From: a virus
Virus record (IMG/VR): IMGVR_UViG_3300027668_000010
Coordinates: 36,505 to 100,504 of that record
Direction: 5' to 3' (one strand)
DNA: 64,000 nucleotides
How positions within the stretch are numbered: the first letter of the stretch is position 1; each line of letters begins with the position of its first letter. Positions 47,425 through 55,598 of this stretch are shown here, one piece after another. Position numbers and translations under genes: made by a program. A model generated the notes under the pieces. The model was not told the DNA's origin. It saw only the letters and a program-made list of their open reading frames with translations, and did not search any database.

Positions 47425-48509
47425 TGCCAGTCTATAAGAGAAAAGATATGCCACAAGTGAATACTCAAAAACTGAGTAAAGCTATTGATATTGCAAAATC
47501 TAAGGTAAAGGTAACTAAAGGAATGAGTATTGCAGGGAGTCTAAAACCTTCTCAGAAAGAACTCATTAAATCTAAGGTTATTGGTATCTCAAAAAAATAC
47601 AACAAACCTACTGATATGAAACCTTTAATCATATCTAAGGATAACTACATAGTTGATGGCCATCACAGATGGGGAGCTGCAAAATTCAAATTCGGTAAAG
47701 ATGCAAAAGTTCCTACATTCACATTACACTTAAAACGAGATGAAGCAATTGAACTTTATAATGATATTGCAAGTTCATTAAATGAAGACATTACGATACC
47801 AATTAACGTAGGTGATACCGTATTAGGTGGTAAGTTCAAAAATAAAAGAATCGTTGTTAAATCAATCGGTAAGAACGAAAAAGGTGATATTACAATCAAC
47901 AACAAACCACTAATGAAATTCAGATTAGTGAATGAAAGTACAGGTGCATCAATACAATGTTCCAACTGTAATCATAGTTGGGATATTATACATAGTGATG
48001 ATAGACCATACTTTTGTCATAATTGTGGGTATGATGCACAATCACAAAAGATTGATTTAGTTGGATTAGAGGATTGGAAAAAAACACTAAAAGAAAACGT
48101 AGCACCTAATCACAATGGTAAATCAGCACCATATGGTAGTGGCTATGATGTGGTGGAAGATGCAATCAACGAAATCCCAATGGGTGATTTACAGAAGATA
48201 GATACATTCGCAGATAAGAAACTTAATCCAATGGATGTAGTACTTACAGGTAAACATTTCTTTGACCGATTAAACGACAAAAGAAACGATAAAGAGATAT
48301 CATCAGCAGAATTGATACGTTTTTTTAAACAACTTTCGAAAAAGAAGAAAGAATTCTTAGGGTTCTTAGACACCTACAATTCGGTAGTTGCAACTGATAA
48401 TAAAACCAATATCAATATACCTTTTATGAAACAAGCAAATAAAGTGATTGCTAAGACCGTAATGAGAAAGAAAGATTTCAAAACAACTGATAAAAAGTTG
48501 GATATTTAA
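47424..48509 (+). CDS. modular protein: ParB/Srx-like domain, small beta domain, Zn-ribbon, possible RNase-like domain
   Basis: PLIISKDNYIVDGHHRW; CSNC..CHNC; HFFDRLND; LNE/VNE/LKE/INE linkers. Confidence 0.65.
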   Translation: MPVYKRKDMPQVNTQKLSKAIDIAKSKVKVTKGMSIAGSLKPSQKELIKSKVIGISKKYNKPTDMKPLIISKDNYIVDGHHRWGAAKFKFGKDAKVPTFTLHLKRDEAIELYNDIASSLNEDITIPINVGDTVLGGKFKNKRIVVKSIGKNEKGDITINNKPLMKFRLVNESTGASIQCSNCNHSWDIIHSDDRPYFCHNCGYDAQSQKIDLVGLEDWKKTLKENVAPNHNGKSAPYGSGYDVVEDAINEIPMGDLQKIDTFADKKLNPMDVVLTGKHFFDRLNDKRNDKEISSAELIRFFKQLSKKKKEFLGFLDTYNSVVATDNKTNINIPFMKQANKVIAKTVMRKKDFKTTDKKLDI

Positions 48510-48528
48510 TAATAAATTCGTATATTTG
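48498..48528 (+). promoter_or_regulatory. Bacteroidota-type promoter
   Basis: ttgg...cgtatatttg. Confidence 0.55.
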
Positions 48529-48530
48529 TA

Positions 48531-49289
48531 ATGAAGCTACTAAAAGATTTAATAATAGAGGGGATGTACGATAAACTGACGGGTCAGATAAACAAAGATG
48601 TATTTAAAACTATAAAGAGTGCTATCAAAGGTAGTGGTACTGAATCTAAACCAAAGAAGTTTAAAGGTTACATGGTTAGAAAAGAACCTATGGGTACAAT
48701 GCAGGATTTATTTGCAAAAGAAACTCGTAAATTACAAGTTGGTGATTACTCAGATAATATAAGTGGTGTTGATGTTGAGGTAGAACTTAAATTAGCAGTA
48801 ACAGATGATGGTGTTGAGCCAGGTAAGTTCTTTATTGATGGGTTTGCCGAAGCTGATGAAGATTACCCAACATTGGAAGTGAATATCGGTATCCACCCTA
48901 ATGATATAAATGGAAGTATTTTCTCAAAGATACAACCAGTACTCAGAGATTTGGTAAGACATGAAATAGAACACCTAACACATGGTAAAGATTCTGCTTC
49001 CGAAAAACCTAGTAAAACGATGAGGGGTGATGATGCTATGAGACGTAAAATACAAGACAACCCTAAATTATACTACAAATACTTTTTATTACCAAAAGAG
49101 GTAGATGCTAACATACATGGATTATACTCAAAGGCTAAAACAATAAAAAAACCATATCAGAAAGTGGTTGATGATTATTTAGATTCTTTGGTTGATGATG
49201 GTGTAATTACAACTAAGAAGAGAACTGAGATTTATAATAAATGGAAAGCCCGTATTCCAAAAATTGGTGGTATTCCTAAATTAAAATGA
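48531..49289 (+). CDS. zincin-like metallopeptidase-domain protein with LIIE leader
   Basis: HEIEH plus downstream Y...PKEVDA; leader MKLLKDLIIE. Confidence 0.6.
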   Translation: MKLLKDLIIEGMYDKLTGQINKDVFKTIKSAIKGSGTESKPKKFKGYMVRKEPMGTMQDLFAKETRKLQVGDYSDNISGVDVEVELKLAVTDDGVEPGKFFIDGFAEADEDYPTLEVNIGIHPNDINGSIFSKIQPVLRDLVRHEIEHLTHGKDSASEKPSKTMRGDDAMRRKIQDNPKLYYKYFLLPKEVDANIHGLYSKAKTIKKPYQKVVDDYLDSLVDDGVITTKKRTEIYNKWKARIPKIGGIPKLK

Positions 49290-49888
49290 AGAAAAGTGAA
49301 TTTATATCAGAGGTATTCAAAGAAGAAATCCAAATGATACGTGAAGGTAAGACTCTTCGTGTGTTTGATTTCGATGATACTTTAGCAACTTCAACATCAT
49401 ACATCTATGTAAAACATAAGGATGGTAAAGAATCCAAATTAGACCCATCAGATTACGCAACTTATAACGAAAAACCTGGTGATGAATTTGATTTCAAAGA
49501 TTTCAATAGAAAACTAAACAATCCAAAGGTAATCAAAAAGAACTTCAATCTACTTCAGAGAATGTTAGATAACCCACAGAAAAAGGTTACGATTCTAACT
49601 GCTCGTAAGTTGGCATTTCCAGTAAGAAAGTATCTAAAGGATACATTTGGGATGGATGTGTATGTAGTTGCACTTGGTAGTAACAATCCTAAAGACAAAG
49701 CAGATTGGATTGAAAAGCATATTAAGAAGGGGTACAAATCAATTGCTTTCATGGATGACAGTAAAAAGAATATCCAAGCGGTGGATGCACTCAAATCCAA
49801 ATACCCCAATGTTCAAATAAAAACCAAATGGGTAACAGAGGGTATCGAAGAAGATGTTCAGAAATATGTTAACAAAATCCTCAAATAA
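49286..49888 (+). CDS. HAD-superfamily phosphatase with E-terminated leader
   Basis: FDFDDTL, ILTAR, K, FMDDS..N. Confidence 0.8.
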   Translation: MKKSEFISEVFKEEIQMIREGKTLRVFDFDDTLATSTSYIYVKHKDGKESKLDPSDYATYNEKPGDEFDFKDFNRKLNNPKVIKKNFNLLQRMLDNPQKKVTILTARKLAFPVRKYLKDTFGMDVYVVALGSNNPKDKADWIEKHIKKGYKSIAFMDDSKKNIQAVDALKSKYPNVQIKTKWVTEGIEEDVQKYVNKILK

Positions 49889-49985
49889 TTCACAATAATC
49901 AGAGATATGTTAGGATTATTTAAATAAAAGTTGTATATTTGTAGTTAATGAAGTTCACTAAATTTAAAACCATATTTATTATCAA

Positions 49986-50225
49986 ATGAATTACGAAAAG
50001 AAAGTAATGCAGAACACCTACGAAATCTTAACAAATGAGGGTTTCGAATGGACTAATGAATTTAGTAACTCAATGAAATTAAAAATGATTGAGTTATTAT
50101 TAGAGTATTTTACAGATATTGAACACTATGAAAAATGTGCTAAATTGAAACCAATACTCAATAAATTGGAGAATAACAATGAAAATAGTAGTGAAATCAT
50201 TATCACCGGAAGTAACAACAGTTAA
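49986..50225 (+). CDS. small protein with UVR-like motif
   Basis: EYF..IEHYEKCAKLK. Confidence 0.55.
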   Translation: MNYEKKVMQNTYEILTNEGFEWTNEFSNSMKLKMIELLLEYFTDIEHYEKCAKLKPILNKLENNNENSSEIIITGSNNS

Positions 50226-50340
50226 AGAGTGGATAGTATACGTTATGAGTGAAACAGACCAATCAATAGAAGCATCTATATGTGGAATTGATAGTTTAGT
50301 TGCAACTATAACAGATTTAGCACTGAAATACAAACTTTAA
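50179..50340 (+). CDS. small hypothetical protein (53 aa, absent from ORF track)
   Basis: ATG50179-TAA50340. Confidence 0.45.
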   Translation: MKIVVKSLSPEVTTVKEWIVYVMSETDQSIEASICGIDSLVATITDLALKYKL

Positions 50341-50352
50341 ACATATTTATAT

Positions 50353-50574
50353 ATGAAATTATATATTTTAAATGATGATATTAATACATTTGAGCATGTA
50401 GTAGATTGCATTCAAAAGTATTTAAATTATCCGTATATGCAAAGTGTATCAATTTCCCACATCGTAAATGATAATGGGGAATGTTTGGTTAAACAGACTG
50501 ATGATGAAGAGTTGATACAAAATGTATATGAAAATTTAGTTAAAGACGGTTTAAACTTACGAATAGAGAATTAA
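50353..50574 (+). CDS. clpS: ClpS-like adaptor
   Basis: ILNDDINTFEHVV, IVNDNG.C.VK. Confidence 0.75.
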   Translation: MKLYILNDDINTFEHVVDCIQKYLNYPYMQSVSISHIVNDNGECLVKQTDDEELIQNVYENLVKDGLNLRIEN

Positions 50575-50575
50575 T

Positions 50576-50743
50576 ATGAGCAAATCAAAAGGATTAGGTG
50601 ATGATATTAAAAAAATAACATCAGCCACTAAATTAGATATAATTGCAGAAAAAATTGCAACAACAATTGGTAAAAAAGACTGTGGTTGCAGTAAACGCCA
50701 AGAGAGTCTTAATAAAATGTTCCCATACGGAGATAAGAAATGA
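50576..50743 (+). CDS. small phage protein (55 aa, GLGD...DCGC..RQE.LN type; absent from ORF track)
   Basis: ATG50576-TGA50743, ATGA overlap with next gene. Confidence 0.65.
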   Translation: MSKSKGLGDDIKKITSATKLDIIAEKIATTIGKKDCGCSKRQESLNKMFPYGDKK

Positions 50744-52818
50744 ATTTAAAAGAATTTATACAAACGGAAATAAAATCACAAATGAGTGAATCCAAAGATA
50801 TGACATTTGTTGATTATCTTAAAGTGTTAGATGCTAAGTTTTTAGATGCTATGAAAGCAGTTCGTGGAGACAATGGAAGTGATGCTGCAATTACACCAAC
50901 TAGAGGTGATATACTACAAAACTTTACATTATTCAGAAATTACTTATCTGCTTTAACTAAGAAATATAAAGGTGATAAGACTAAACTTAGATTTATATCA
51001 GAACACACTAACAAATTCAATGAAACAATAGAATCGGTAGTTAACGAAGCTAAAAAGAAATTACCAAACTTTAAAAAAATTCCATCGTGGGCTAAGTATG
51101 TAGCTCAATCATCTGATGGTGAGTGGACTTGGTATGAAGATACACCAACGATGATAAAATTCAAAGATGGTTCAGGTGGTGCTTGGAAGCAAGATGGTAA
51201 CCAAACTTATACTGGTGTAAAAACTAATGGTAAGGATTGGGATAAGATACCTACATACTATAATGTAAAGAATGGAGTAATTACCGAATCAATCAACGAA
51301 GAACAGATAGATGAGAAAAGTAGATTGAAGAAAGAAGCTTCATTCAGACCAAACTCAGGTACTATGAGTGGTGGAACACATAATCTTGATAATCGCAAAT
51401 ACAAATTAAACAGAGATGTTACTGGTGTTAGAATTGGTGATTATGTTGGAATTACATTACCCAAAGGTACTATTATATATAATATATCAGGTGGGTTATT
51501 CGCAGACCATATATCATTAAAAAAATATGCTGACCGTAATAGAATCTATTTTAATAAACCTACATTTAAAGGAATATCAATCACAAGAGAAAAAAGTACT
51601 TTAAACTCTATTGAAACAAATAGTAAAATATTAGAATCAATAGTTAACGAAGGTGATGATTTTAATATGGTATCTGCTAAATTTAAAGATGCACTTGATG
51701 ATGCATCATCACTATCTACAAAATCCGTAAAACTATTAATAAAGAAGTTTAAGGAAGAATCACCTAAAGCTGCAATGGATTATGCAAAGCAGGAATTTGG
51801 ATGGATGATGAAAGAGGGTAGCTCTAAGTTTAAAGAATCGGTAACAAACGAAGAACAGATAGATGAGAAACTAATCACATTCTCAAACAGAGCACCTTAT
51901 GGACAGATAGTGTTTATGGCAGGTGGAGCTGGTAGTGGTAAAGGATTCGCAATTGATAACTTCATAGATTCAGCTGGATTCAAAGTAAGAGATGTTGATG
52001 ATATGAAAAAAGCAGTTGGGAAATTAAACCAATTAGGTAAATTCTCAGTTGATAAGTGGTATAAAAAATATGGTAAGACATTATCAGATAAATCTAAGGG
52101 TAATGGGTTATCACCTAAAGCTCACGTTGAAGAGTTTGTATTAGGTAAGGGAATGAGTATTTCAGATATCTCAAAAGATTTAAAGAATCCTAACAATGTA
52201 GCATCACTACATTATATCGTAGACTCTATGGGATTAAAAGATAAGTGGTTAATTAATATGTTAAGTGGTAAAACAAACAAAGAAACTTTACCAAACCTAT
52301 TGTTTGATATTACTGCTAAAAAAGTATCATCAATTACAGATGTTATCAAACCATTAATCGCCAATGGATATGATTCTAAAAACGTTCACCTTATTTGGGT
52401 ACTTAAAAATTATCATGCAGCAGTTGAAGCTAATAAAGAAAGAGCAAGAGTTGTACCAAGTGATATTTTACTACAAACACATGAAGGTGCTACTAAAACT
52501 ATGTGGCAAGTTCTAACCCAAATACAACCAAAAGGATTAAATGGTAGAATTGATGTTATTTTAAATAATAATAAATTCACAGCTGCCTTTGTTGATTCAA
52601 ATGGTAAGGAAATCCAAGTAGAACCTAACCAAATGAACAAACTTAAAAAAGCACAACCAGTTGTTAGTGGATTCAAATCACTTCCTATCAAAAAACAAGG
52701 TGGTGGTGTAATTCCTGAAACACAATGGCAAGGTATACTCAAAGGTTGGATTCTATCAAATACACCAAATACAATTGATTTTGAAGAATTAGAAGAACCA
52801 CCAAAGGATAAAGAGTAA
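50740..52818 (+). CDS. modular polyprotein ending in a zeta-toxin-like P-loop kinase
   Basis: linkers ESVVNE, ESINEEQIDE, ESIVNE, ESVTNEEQIDE; MAGGAGSGK, LLFD, NKERARVV. Confidence 0.75.
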   Translation: MNLKEFIQTEIKSQMSESKDMTFVDYLKVLDAKFLDAMKAVRGDNGSDAAITPTRGDILQNFTLFRNYLSALTKKYKGDKTKLRFISEHTNKFNETIESVVNEAKKKLPNFKKIPSWAKYVAQSSDGEWTWYEDTPTMIKFKDGSGGAWKQDGNQTYTGVKTNGKDWDKIPTYYNVKNGVITESINEEQIDEKSRLKKEASFRPNSGTMSGGTHNLDNRKYKLNRDVTGVRIGDYVGITLPKGTIIYNISGGLFADHISLKKYADRNRIYFNKPTFKGISITREKSTLNSIETNSKILESIVNEGDDFNMVSAKFKDALDDASSLSTKSVKLLIKKFKEESPKAAMDYAKQEFGWMMKEGSSKFKESVTNEEQIDEKLITFSNRAPYGQIVFMAGGAGSGKGFAIDNFIDSAGFKVRDVDDMKKAVGKLNQLGKFSVDKWYKKYGKTLSDKSKGNGLSPKAHVEEFVLGKGMSISDISKDLKNPNNVASLHYIVDSMGLKDKWLINMLSGKTNKETLPNLLFDITAKKVSSITDVIKPLIANGYDSKNVHLIWVLKNYHAAVEANKERARVVPSDILLQTHEGATKTMWQVLTQIQPKGLNGRIDVILNNNKFTAAFVDSNGKEIQVEPNQMNKLKKAQPVVSGFKSLPIKKQGGGVIPETQWQGILKGWILSNTPNTIDFEELEEPPKDKE
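51295..51870 (+). repeat. 24-bp exact direct repeat in linker DNA (51295-51318, 51847-51870)
   Basis: aacgaagaacagatagatgagaaa twice. Confidence 0.9.
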
Positions 52819-52824
52819 TAATTC

Positions 52825-52881
52825 TTAACATAAATTTAACATTGAAAGCTTGGTAATACCAGGCTTTTTTTGTATATTTAC
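52825..52881 (+). promoter_or_regulatory. TTAACA-N5-TTAACA box plus terminator-like hairpin overlapping a promoter
   Basis: second copy of the 22563-22608 element. Confidence 0.7.
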
Positions 52882-52888
52882 TATAGTA

Positions 52889-53029
52889 ATGAGTGATAAG
52901 AAAGAACATATAGTTAAATTGGAAAAGATAACCCTATCTCAACAAGAGATATGGCAAGCAATGCGTTCTAATGTAGAGAAAAATAAGAAAAAATACAATC
53001 GTAAAGAAAAACACAAAGACAAAACTTAA
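52889..53029 (+). CDS. 46-aa basic protein with ArfA-like C-terminus (absent from ORF track)
   Basis: RSNVEKNKKKYNRKEKHK; own promoter. Confidence 0.55.
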   Translation: MSDKKEHIVKLEKITLSQQEIWQAMRSNVEKNKKKYNRKEKHKDKT

Positions 53030-53081
53030 CAATTTGTTAACATTGAAAGCTTGGTAAATACGGATATTATTCGTATATTAG
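53026..53081 (+). promoter_or_regulatory. TTAACA-N5-TTAACA box plus promoter
   Basis: ttaacaatttgttaacattgaaagcttggt...cgtatattag. Confidence 0.65.
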
Positions 53082-53136
53082 TAGTGTAATAAGGGTTAGG
53101 TATTAACCCAATTGAAAATTAAAAAATAAATAAGTT

Positions 53137-53739
53137 ATGAGTAAGAAAATCAAATTAGTAATCGAAGGTACAGAGTATCAACTTCCAATTTCAGCAGCAC
53201 GATTGAAAGGGGATTGTAAATGGAATGATGAAACCCACATCTATATGGGTGCAAAAAATACCGCATCAATCATCAAACAATATGTAAAGAAATTCTTTCC
53301 AGAAATTAAGGTTTGGAGTAAATCCAATGTATATAGTGGTGGTTCATCAGTTGATGTAAATATATCTAATTCAGATGGTTCGGAAGTCAATTACAATATA
53401 TACCAACAAATTCAGAGTTTCTCTAATAAGTTCAAAGCAGGTTCGTTCAATGGTATGGAAGATATCTATGAGTATAAGGAAGGTACAATAACTACCGATA
53501 ACAATACTCCACTAAAATATTTCCCATCTTATGTGTTTTGTAAGAACGCTCCAAAGTGGGGAACTGTTGAGTATTGGATGAATGAATACAGAGAGTTCAA
53601 AAATATGACTTCTGAAAATTCAAACTATGATTCTTATATGGCTGCAGTTAATAAAGCTGGTGGCTGGTTGAATATGAACAAAGCCTATATGAGTGATAAA
53701 GAATATAGTATGGTAGCAAAAACCTTAACATTAAATTAA
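53137..53739 (+). CDS. LPD29-like (polyvalent-protein-associated) domain protein
   Basis: KKFFPEIK, YSGGSSVDV, GSFNGMEDIYEY. Confidence 0.6.
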   Translation: MSKKIKLVIEGTEYQLPISAARLKGDCKWNDETHIYMGAKNTASIIKQYVKKFFPEIKVWSKSNVYSGGSSVDVNISNSDGSEVNYNIYQQIQSFSNKFKAGSFNGMEDIYEYKEGTITTDNNTPLKYFPSYVFCKNAPKWGTVEYWMNEYREFKNMTSENSNYDSYMAAVNKAGGWLNMNKAYMSDKEYSMVAKTLTLN

Positions 53740-53781
53740 CATTAGAAATTAGGATAATTCAAATATAATTCGTATATTTAC
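53725..53781 (+). promoter_or_regulatory. TTAACA-N5-TTAACA box plus promoter
   Basis: ttaacattaaattaaca...ttagg...cgtatatttac. Confidence 0.65.
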
Positions 53782-53788
53782 ATAGTAA

Positions 53789-54259
53789 ATGAGTGAGATG
53801 ATAAAGATAAAAAAGAAAATAGTTTACTTCGATATGGATAACACATTGGTTAATTTCCAAAGTGCCATCGACCAACTACCAACGCAAGTTAGAGAGAGTT
53901 ACAATGGTGAGTTGGATAATGTGCCAGGTATATTCTCAAAAATGAAACCAATTGCTAGAATGGTTGAGTTGTTCAACCAAATGGCTGATGATGAACGTTA
54001 CGATGTTTATATACTATCCACATCCCCTTGGGATAATCCGACCGCTGCTTCTGATAAAGTTGCATGGGTTAAGAAATACCTTCCACTACATGGATACAAA
54101 CGATTGATTCTATCTCACCAAAAACACCTTAACATTGGTGATTACCTTATTGATGATAGAACTGCTAATGGGGCAGGGGAGTTCGGTGGTGAACTTATTC
54201 AGTATGGTTCATTAAAATTCCCAACTGCAGAAAGTATTAAAACTTACTTAAACGTATAG
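53789..54259 (+). CDS. 5'(3')-deoxyribonucleotidase (HAD, NT5C-like)
   Basis: FDMDNTLVNF, ILSTSPW, K..W, GDYLIDDR. Confidence 0.88.
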   Translation: MSEMIKIKKKIVYFDMDNTLVNFQSAIDQLPTQVRESYNGELDNVPGIFSKMKPIARMVELFNQMADDERYDVYILSTSPWDNPTAASDKVAWVKKYLPLHGYKRLILSHQKHLNIGDYLIDDRTANGAGEFGGELIQYGSLKFPTAESIKTYLNV

Positions 54260-54260
54260 G

Positions 54261-54761
54261 ATGGATAGATTACCAAATGTAAAGAACGTAAATAAAGCAA
54301 AACGGCACAAAAAGAAACACCAATTTAAAATAGGAACCGCTGTTGTATTTAAATGGATGGGTGAACGTGATTACGGACACATATCAGCATTAACATTTGA
54401 TAAGGGAACTAAAAACGCACAATACTCCATAAAAGCTACGGGTAGAATGGGGTGTGTGTATCATACATTGGAATTAGATGACCCAAACGACCCGTATTGT
54501 TATGTATCATCTATATTAACTAAATCTATACCTGATAAGGAACTCCAAAAGATTTCAGACCACAAATTAGGTAAACATTTGATTACAGTAGTTAAACCAT
54601 CTGTAACTAAAGAGGTGGTTAAAAAGAAGGTGGTTAAGAAAAAGGTAATAAAAAAGGTAGCTAAACCTAAGAAAGAATCTGTTAATAAAACAGAACTTAA
54701 AAAAGCAATAAATAAACAAAAGGATTTCTTAAACGGAAAAATAGAGAAAAACTTTTGGTAA
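54261..54761 (+). CDS. hypothetical protein with Lys-rich tail
   Basis: VVKKKVVKKKVIKK. Confidence 0.6.
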   Translation: MDRLPNVKNVNKAKRHKKKHQFKIGTAVVFKWMGERDYGHISALTFDKGTKNAQYSIKATGRMGCVYHTLELDDPNDPYCYVSSILTKSIPDKELQKISDHKLGKHLITVVKPSVTKEVVKKKVVKKKVIKKVAKPKKESVNKTELKKAINKQKDFLNGKIEKNFW

Positions 54762-54789
54762 ATCCAAAAATTAATTGTATATTTGTATT

Positions 54790-55008
54790 ATGAGTTTAAC
54801 TAAAAGATGGATAGAAGACCAGATGGTGAATAACGGAAAAGAATGGAGCTGGATGGATTCAGCTGAGAAAGCTTATGGTGAGGAATTTGATGATGCAGAT
54901 GCTACCATAGATGATGATGAGGCTCGTCATTATGAAGAGCAAAAACGTAAAACCACAGATGATAGAAACAATGGTGATGGGTATGTTGATTATACTGAAG
55001 ACGAATGA
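54790..55008 (+). CDS. small acidic hypothetical protein
   Basis: ATG54790 after promoter 54755-54785. Confidence 0.55.
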   Translation: MSLTKRWIEDQMVNNGKEWSWMDSAEKAYGEEFDDADATIDDDEARHYEEQKRKTTDDRNNGDGYVDYTEDE

Positions 55009-55349
55009 AGAATTTATTAATAGGGTTAACCCTTACCTTTATAGGACAGATATTGATATTCTTTCAAACCAATGGTCAATTCTTTATACCTTGGTTTAAA
55101 AATCACCCATTCATAATATCGTTAGTAGGTGGTACTATGGTATCATACCTATTCATTACAGGAACAGGTTATACCGTAGAGTATTTCGGTGGAACTGTTT
55201 GGGAAAACAGATTATTGGGATTTGGTATGGGTATGATATCATTCTCATTTTTAACTTGGGCTTATTTAGGTGAAGGAATCACCACAAAAACAACAATATC
55301 GTTAATGTTAGCATTAACTTTAGTATTAATTCAAATTCTTTGGAAATGA
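55005..55349 (+). CDS. 4-TM small membrane protein (SMR/DMT-like)
   Basis: four hydrophobic helices, LGEG motif. Confidence 0.6.
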   Translation: MKNLLIGLTLTFIGQILIFFQTNGQFFIPWFKNHPFIISLVGGTMVSYLFITGTGYTVEYFGGTVWENRLLGFGMGMISFSFLTWAYLGEGITTKTTISLMLALTLVLIQILWK

Positions 55350-55573
55350 CAAATGTTAGTAATGTAAAAAATAGTATAATGAATCAGCAACTTCATATAT
55401 TAATGTATATAAAGGGTATTGTATATGGTAGTGGTAATATAAATGGAATACCACAATGGCTTGATAGAAGTAAATTATACAAATTAACTGATGAGGCATT
55501 CAACACCGATTATCTGTTTACTCAAAGAGATTTTGAATTTTTAGAAAGGTTACACTTAAAATATAAATTTTAA
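55346..55573 (+). CDS. hypothetical protein
   Basis: coupled ORF. Confidence 0.5.
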   Translation: MTNVSNVKNSIMNQQLHILMYIKGIVYGSGNINGIPQWLDRSKLYKLTDEAFNTDYLFTQRDFEFLERLHLKYKF

Positions 55574-55598
55574 TACTTATATACAAACAAAAGAAGTT

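Noticed and set aside
47424-52818. ParABS partition system or epsilon-zeta toxin-antitoxin pair
   Set aside because: No ParA, parS or antitoxin; both domains are modules within mosaic proteins.
54600-54680. VVKKK repeats as a functional tandem repeat
   Set aside because: Short low-complexity Lys-rich coding tail.
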